DNA of 63,917 nt, the filler included, from Pelomyxa schiedti (taxonomy: Eukaryota; Protista; Evosea), in the NCBI GenBank assembly GCA_020536535.1. It is 11 parts of 11 records of this genome, joined end to end, with 100 filler letters (N's around TTAATTAATTAA, not from the genome) between each part and the next. Parts side by side here need not be neighbours in the genome. Positions count along the whole stretch, not along the records: positions 52,061 to 60,253 come from JAHLWZ010001327.1; positions 60,354 to 62,770 come from JAHLWZ010001998.1; positions 62,871 to 63,917 come from JAHLWZ010002938.1; 8 more parts are not named here. One strand, 5' to 3'. Each line of letters begins with the position of its first letter. The stretch's first letter is position 1. Both the position numbers and the translations under genes were made by a program. The notes beneath the pieces were generated by a model. The model did no database searches. It saw nothing but the letters and a program-made list of their open reading frames with translations, and was not told the origin of the DNA. This document shows positions 58,328 to 63,917 of this stretch, piece after piece.

Positions 58328-59450
58328 TGAGTGGCAATTTCCTGGTGGTAGAAGGGCTTCGCACACTTCGAGACGACAAAGTATGCCAAGGAAATGGGTG
58401 TTTCTGGTGTACTATTTTTTGGGTGGTGGCCCTGTTTGGTACATTTTTGGGGGTTGGCATTTGGGCTGTGATGTACGATGATCGCTCTGCTGATATCCAA
58501 TGGGTACCTGCACAGTCCCAAACAACCAACCTACTCTTGAGTAGTGCACTAAGCACTGACCCTCCAGAGATTGGAGGTTATCAGAAATCTGCTCTTTTTT
58601 TTTTTCCTTTTGAAAAACCGCTTATGGTGCCGTGGATGCCATCAACAAGGTGGTGACTGAAAGCTGTGTTGTTTATTGATTTAATATTAGGGGGAAGTCA
58701 GGCGCCCTGTTAAGTGTTCTTGTACCCAAAAGGGTCGATGTAGTATCTGTCGTTCTCTTGAGCACAATAAGACACAATGCCCTGAAAACCCTGCAAACCA
58801 AGTGCAACCACAATGCACTCAAACTTCATCTCAGCTTTTTCTTGATTTGATTGAAACTCTTGCTGGCAAACTCTGGGTACCAGCAACATATATTGCCATT
58901 CTTCTTAACGGATTTGCAAAGGGTATCATGTTTTGGCTAACTGTGCTTCTAGTTGCCCACATTTATTATGGACCCAGTGTCTCCATCAAGGAATTGGAAA
59001 ATGGCAAACTAAAGTGCTTTATCAAAAAAAAGTGTCATCTCCCCTCAAAGTTTGATAAGAGATTTTCACAGGCAGCACACCTGATGGCTCTTTCATATTA
59101 TGCCAAAGTTGCAGTAAATTGAAAGAAGAAGATCATTAACATCCTCACAAATATCCCAAATTTAACCACAAGAACTACTCATCTGGTTTGGAATGCAATA
59201 TCAGGTGGCACTGTGCTCAGAAACAGCTCCTAATTGGGATCTCTGTGCTGCCAGCAAAGAATCCTCCTCCTCCATCTCCACAAAGGCAGCAACTTACACA
59301 CACATCCTCTGCGGCTGGCTCCATAGGTTCAACCAATGCACACTCTCTTTGATCCTGATTGGTGCTCCACTTTGCGTTTTTCACGGCTGTCACAGCTTTT
59401 TTCGCCGGATTTGATCAAATCTGATCACTGTCACCCAGGGCCTGTCTTCC
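58328..59450 (+). CDS. Hypothetical membrane protein or pseudogene
   Basis: Hydrophobic segments CFWCTIFWVVALFGTFLGVGIWAVM and IAILLNGFAKGIMFWLTVLLVAH lie in separate ORFs. Exon joins are unresolved and no family was recognised. Confidence 0.3.
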
Positions 59451-59646
59451 CCTGCTTTGCTACACTACAGCAGTGTGTTTAAAGAAAAGCCTGGGCCTCC
59501 CCACAATGATCACCCCCACTCATCCACTTATGAGTTTCACAGCAACCAGGTCCATTGAATGTATGTATGGGATAATAATAAGACTTTTATTTATTTGAAA
59601 AAAAGAGGAAGAGCTGTTGTACTCCTATTAGTTTGTTTGGGTAGTA

Positions 59647-60253
59647 CTATTCCAAAAGAGAAAGTGCATTCACGATGAGGAACTCAGTTGCAGTGGGAAC
59701 GTCAACAGACACATCCAAGACGGCCACAGTTGCACCAGTGAATGCCTCCAGCACAACAACCTTCCCGCCAACAACCCCAAGCAGGTATCCCCTCCCACCG
59801 ACAACCTGTGAGAACATGTACCCACTGTTGATTGCCCTCAGTGGCTGGCTCACGTCGTTGCAGTCCCACAATTCGAACGACCTCGCTGGCTGCGGGTGCC
59901 AGGCGCAGAACACAGAGGAACTGACCTGCGTGATCACACTGCAGTCGCCTGTCACTCGCTTGGGCACCACAACTTCTGATGCTGCTGGATCAATCAAAAC
60001 AACATCCCTGTCTCTCCCTATTCTCCTGGCAACGAAAACTACAGCACCACTGCGGAGCCTCATCACCCTCACGTCATCTAGTGGTTGATCAACATTAGGC
60101 ACCACGACGGATGTGATGACTGAAAGGCTCCCAGTCTTGTGCGTGAGGTTGACATCAAACAAAATGAGCTCGACAGTCAGCCTGTTGTAGAAGTGCAGAA
60201 TGGCCTGGTCATCGACCACCTTGTTGAAGGAAATGCCGGGATCTGACTTTTTT
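59647..60253 (-). CDS. 3' part of a GVSPTLG-family protein (5' truncated by linker)
   Basis: SSSVFCAW...FELWDCNDVSQPLRAI...VVGGRGYLLGVVGGKVVVLEAFTGATVAVL matches the C-termini of 36001-37119 and 52441-53751. Confidence 0.7.
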
Positions 60254-60353
60254 NNNNNNNNNNNNNNNNNNNNNNNNNNNNNNNNNNNNNNNNNNNNTTA
60301 ATTAATTAANNNNNNNNNNNNNNNNNNNNNNNNNNNNNNNNNNNNNNNNNNNN

Positions 60354-61318
60354 TCTTGCGGATTTCGGGAAGTTTTTTCTCGATGGCAAGTTGAAGTCTT
60401 GTCTCTAGGGTGTTGTTGCAAGAGACACGGCCGCCATTGGCTGTAAGTACAACGCCACCGCAGCTGTGAATAAGGGTTAGTGAGTGTTGTTGCTGGTTTT
60501 GATGCAGTAAATTAGTAGGCAATTCAACGCGGGGTTTAGTAGGCATTGACTATTTGGAGTGGGTTTGTACCAATCGGCGGGGAGGGGTCGCTTCACATTG
60601 ATGGCAAGAGACGTCAATGTGGCTGATGCAGCAGCTTCATAGGCTTGCTTTGCGGGTACAAGAACAGACTCGACAAGAGTTCGGTCCTCCTCTCTGCAAA
60701 TAACCTATAAGCTAGCCTTAGTACATTTAATTTTTCAAACAAGAACGCACCATGACTTCGGTCTCCCTCATAATAAGGAGGCACTATGGAAGTTAGATAC
60801 GTAAGGAGTAGAAGCGTACATGATACCTGCACAATAAGTTTTTGGAGGAGAATTCTGTACTTCTCGGGGTTCCTGGACACCAAAGCGAGTTGTTTGCGAG
60901 CATGATCGGATACTGTTTGGATGCAATCGTCCTGAGCTTTGAGTATTTCAATACGGGAATGGTTGAACTCCTGAGAGATGGCACTAAGAAGAGGGAGTGA
61001 GAAACTTGAGGAGTCAGTTACACGTAAAATACATTCGCTTTGCGACGGCGGCTTGCTTCTCCTTTCGGTCATAGTCCAGAGCCATTTTTTTCTTCTCGTT
61101 CATGACGATCTTGGCCTTATCTACGTTGTACTCCTCGTGAGCCTTGGCAAGGATCATGTCTCTATTCTCTTCGGCCTCCTATTACACATAAAAGCATTAA
61201 CATTTTAATGCTATGTGGCGAAATAAATTTTTTTAAAAAAAAAAAAAACAGCACAACGAACCCTCAAAATGAAGTTCTTCATTTGAGTAATGTGATGTCG
61301 TGCTTGTGCCTCGTTCAT
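60354..61318 (-). CDS. ATP6V1E: V-type H+-ATPase subunit E, multi-exon (last codons cut by linker)
   Basis: MNEAQARHHITQMKNFILR|EAEENRDMILAKAHEEYNVDKAKIV..., LLQKLIVQ, CREEDRTLV, CGGVVLTANGGRVSCNNTLETRL. Confidence 0.92.
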
Positions 61319-61817
61319 TTTTGTGTGTCGCTAATCCGGCGGAGTACAAGGGAAAAAAAGCGTCGCGTGCACCACCACTTCGGTGTTGATCTTTTGTTTT
61401 TTTTTTCTGGAAGCATTTTTTCGTGTGCATGTGCGAATCAAATCTCTGAGGAAGCTTCCACAGAACAACCAACCCAATGCTCCAAACCCAGTCCCCTCTG
61501 TTTCCGTCGTCCTTATTTGTTGCTTTGAAATGTTGTTGGGGAGGTTAGGAGCCTTTTTGATTGTGTTGGTTGTTGTGATGAAGAGGTGTACGTGGACATA
61601 GACATCTTCATGTCTCAGCCGCCAAGTGCCACTAATATTTCTCAACGACTACCCAGGCAAAATAGTATTTTGCTTGCTTCGTACCCATAGGCACTTGGTG
61701 ACGAGCCCACAGACTATTTCTTTCTTTGCATAGGTAAAAGAAAATACAAAATACAATCAGTGGGAAGGAAAAAAGACAACAGAATGGGTTTTTTTATCGA
61801 TAAAATACGAAAAAAAT

Positions 61818-62384
61818 TCAATTGGGTGAACCCTCCAGTAAGCCGTTCTTCTGGTTCAGCCTCCATATCTTGAGTTTTGCCTCCTCAAATATAACAACAA
61901 GCCACTTTGAGCTGTATGCCACACACCTCCACAAACCATCAGAAATCAATTCAACGGCAGAGCGACTGCTTTCACCACCACTGAGGTCAGTCACCATCAG
62001 TGATGCCCCATAGCATGACAGCACAGCAGTCTGGCTGAGGAACCCAAGAACAACCTCCCAAGTCATTCCATGCCATGTCACTGATGGCCCTTGTGTGATT
62101 CCCAGGGTGAACGACACCCCAATCACAACAAACATGGTCACGAACCGTTGTTTTCTGCGAACGACATCCTCGTCGTGCTCTTTGTTGTTTATGACGAGGA
62201 CAACACGCCGGTTGGTGGGCAGCACCCAGTTCCGAACGAAATCGCGAAGTATCGATTGTGGGACAACGCGCAGTGGTGTGGGACAAAGGAACTGGGGTCG
62301 ATTGCAACAGCACAACAATGCAAGTGCTTGTTGTTGTGCTGTCACTGGGCACGTCCCGCCATCACGCCCCATCACACTGATCAT
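61818..62384 (-). CDS. Short or truncated GVSPTLG-family member
   Basis: TAQQQALALLCCCNRP...FVRNWVLPTNRRVVL, IGVSFTLGIT, YSSKWLVVI...LKIWRL. Only about 188 aa, lacking the family C-terminus unless it is spliced further. Confidence 0.6.
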   Translation of the reverse strand: MISVMGRDGGTCPVTAQQQALALLCCCNRPQFLCPTPLRVVPQSILRDFVRNWVLPTNRRVVLVINNKEHDEDVVRRKQRFVTMFVVIGVSFTLGITQGPSVTWHGMTWEVVLGFLSQTAVLSCYGASLMVTDLSGGESSRSAVELISDGLWRCVAYSSKWLVVIFEEAKLKIWRLNQKNGLLEGSPN

Positions 62385-63229
62385 TTCGTTTTCCACGAAT
62401 AGCCTTCGCCAAAATGGCAAACAAGCACCGTGATGATGACATCTGGAACACGCTGGCATCTCCCCAGTGCCTGCCTGCGTTGCCCACCTATTCCCTCACA
62501 ATCTCGTTTGCAGCTGGATTCCCCCTATCATTCACACCTTTCACAGCTGAAAAAACAATTGTCCAGTGTGCAAGGGAAAAAAGACACAGGAGTAACAAAG
62601 ATGGATTTTCTTTTGGTTGATAAAGCTATGTGCAGGGGAGTGATGCCAGACAGAGATTTGACAGCTTCACGAGATTGAAAAAGGGTGCAAAACTGTTTTG
62701 AAGTTGTTGGAACACACAAAGAATGAAACAATGTGGATTCCAGAGAGTGCCTCACTGCACGTTATCATCCNNNNNNNNNNNNNNNNNNNNNNNNNNNNNN
62801 NNNNNNNNNNNNNNTTAATTAATTAANNNNNNNNNNNNNNNNNNNNNNNNNNNNNNNNNNNNNNNNNNNNAGCTTCGTACTTACCCCAAAGATACATACA
62901 GGTTTATTTTCTCCTTCTCAGTCCTTTTGCTCTTCTCCCTCTTGTGTTTGCTTGAAATTTCACTATCCAACGACAACCTAGCTTTGATTGGGTTCATTTT
63001 GTTTTTGTGTTTTGCGTTGTGTTACTTTTCTTGTTTATATGCACAGTTTTCTAGTTTTATTTGATATTGATAAAGTGTATCTGAATTGCGTGTGGCTTTG
63101 GCATTTTCCCTGCTTTTATTATTATTATTATTATTATTCTGTGAATGTAATTGACTGCCTACTCACTTTCTTTAACAAAACTTGCTCCGGGTGTGCCCTG
63201 CAGTTATGGCAACCATTGGGTCACCACTG

Positions 63230-63917
63230 ACACTGTTCTCACAATTGTGTGATCGCATTCAGTTTGGTGGAAATACGGCAGGCAAGGGAGAAGCTTCATT
63301 CAAAACGCAAGTTGGAGCAAGATATGTACTTGGTCAACAAGTTGCAGGGGTTTGCTTTACATAGTTACAAGTTTAAAGGTTTCCTTGTTTTTTTTTCTTC
63401 TCGTTTATTTGTTGTTTTTTCTTCTTCTCGGTTATTATGGTAGAACCTCTCATGTCTTTCTAGTCTTGCTTAAATGAAGTCTTAGGAAAGACAGTGTGTA
63501 GAGCCGCATTTTGCTGGCTATATGGGATTGGGCATGAGCACCTTAGTAACTTACATTTATTTATCACTGGGGCTAGGTCTTTTACTACATTATAATCACT
63601 ACCCTATAAACTGACACACCAATAGAGATGCCACTGACTATCACTGCTACAGTTACTCCTGTGAATCTGGCAAGCAGAAGACTGTTGTTGAGTGGATTAC
63701 CTCCCGTGTCATTGAGTCCCATTTGTGTGATCGTGATGGTAATCAGAGGGTTATGCTGCCGGCATCTGAGACACTTATTGATCTATTTTCAAGGAGGACT
63801 TGTGGATGACCTCCTTGATGAGAAAATGCCAGCAGAGAGAGTACGATTTAATTGCTCCTATTTTCTCTAAGATGCCATCAGATTCCCAGCCTTCGGACTT
63901 TCTATAGAGTTCTACAG
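63230..63917 (+). mobile_element. Decayed DNA-transposon-like ORF (Sola-type transposase N-terminal region, by recall)
   Basis: CSHNCVIAFSLVEIRQAREKLHSKRKLEQDMYL, GKTVCRAAFCWLYGIG....L....TG..SL.H.N, VVEWI...LCDRDG...VMLP and PSLRTFYRVL. Contains an in-frame TGA and frameshifts. Confidence 0.4.

Noticed and set aside
9874-62826. Repeated TTAATTAATTAA palindrome as a CRISPR repeat, recombination site or PacI-like biological motif
   Set aside because: It is always centred in 44+44 Ns with identical geometry: an artificial six-frame stop linker.
1-63917. Alternative genetic code, stop readthrough or prokaryotic operon-type defence island
   Set aside because: Conserved genes end in TAA, TAG or TGA, in-frame stops resolve as introns or decay, and the content is eukaryotic and concatenated.
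1-63917. tRNA or rRNA genes
   Set aside because: I saw no GTTCGA/TPsiC cloverleaf or rRNA-conserved blocks by eye; a tRNAscan-SE/Infernal run would be decisive.

Overview
This is eukaryotic genomic DNA: compact and intron-rich (introns mostly 40-70 nt), standard genetic code. Gene style and the expanded lineage-specific families suggest an amoebozoan, possibly an archamoeba such as Pelomyxa; that assignment is inference from recall, not proven. The window is not one locus. Ten 100-bp N44-TTAATTAATTAA-N44 linkers (stops in all six frames) join about 11 unrelated scaffolds. Four plain 100-N gaps are each associated with an exact 121-bp duplication, consistent with assembler overlaps. Recognisable genes: PMCA-type Ca-ATPase 5' fragment, ADCK2-like ABC1 kinase, two Rab7-like GTPases (scaffold mis-ordered), SREK1/SRSF11-like SR protein, FANCM helicase, ECD/SGT1, TRAPPC4, ZNF598/Hel2 and V-ATPase subunit E. 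Accessory content: at least 9 members of two expanded families (degenerate ankyrin-like; GVSPTLG-motif propeller-like), a RING/B-box/coiled-coil protein ending in a glycine-rich domain, a RING-ARM protein built largely one repeat per exon, a secreted chitin-binding + lysozyme-like + TSP3 protein, a WW-only microprotein, a TA-flanked MITE and decayed transposase remnants. The standout is one spliced gene (43767-~48130, minus strand) that joins a PH domain, an intact dynamin-like GTPase with a hydrophobic paddle, a relic kinase N-lobe and an R-S-E (ExE) ADP-ribosyltransferase, a candidate membrane-targeted ADP-ribosylating defence effector.
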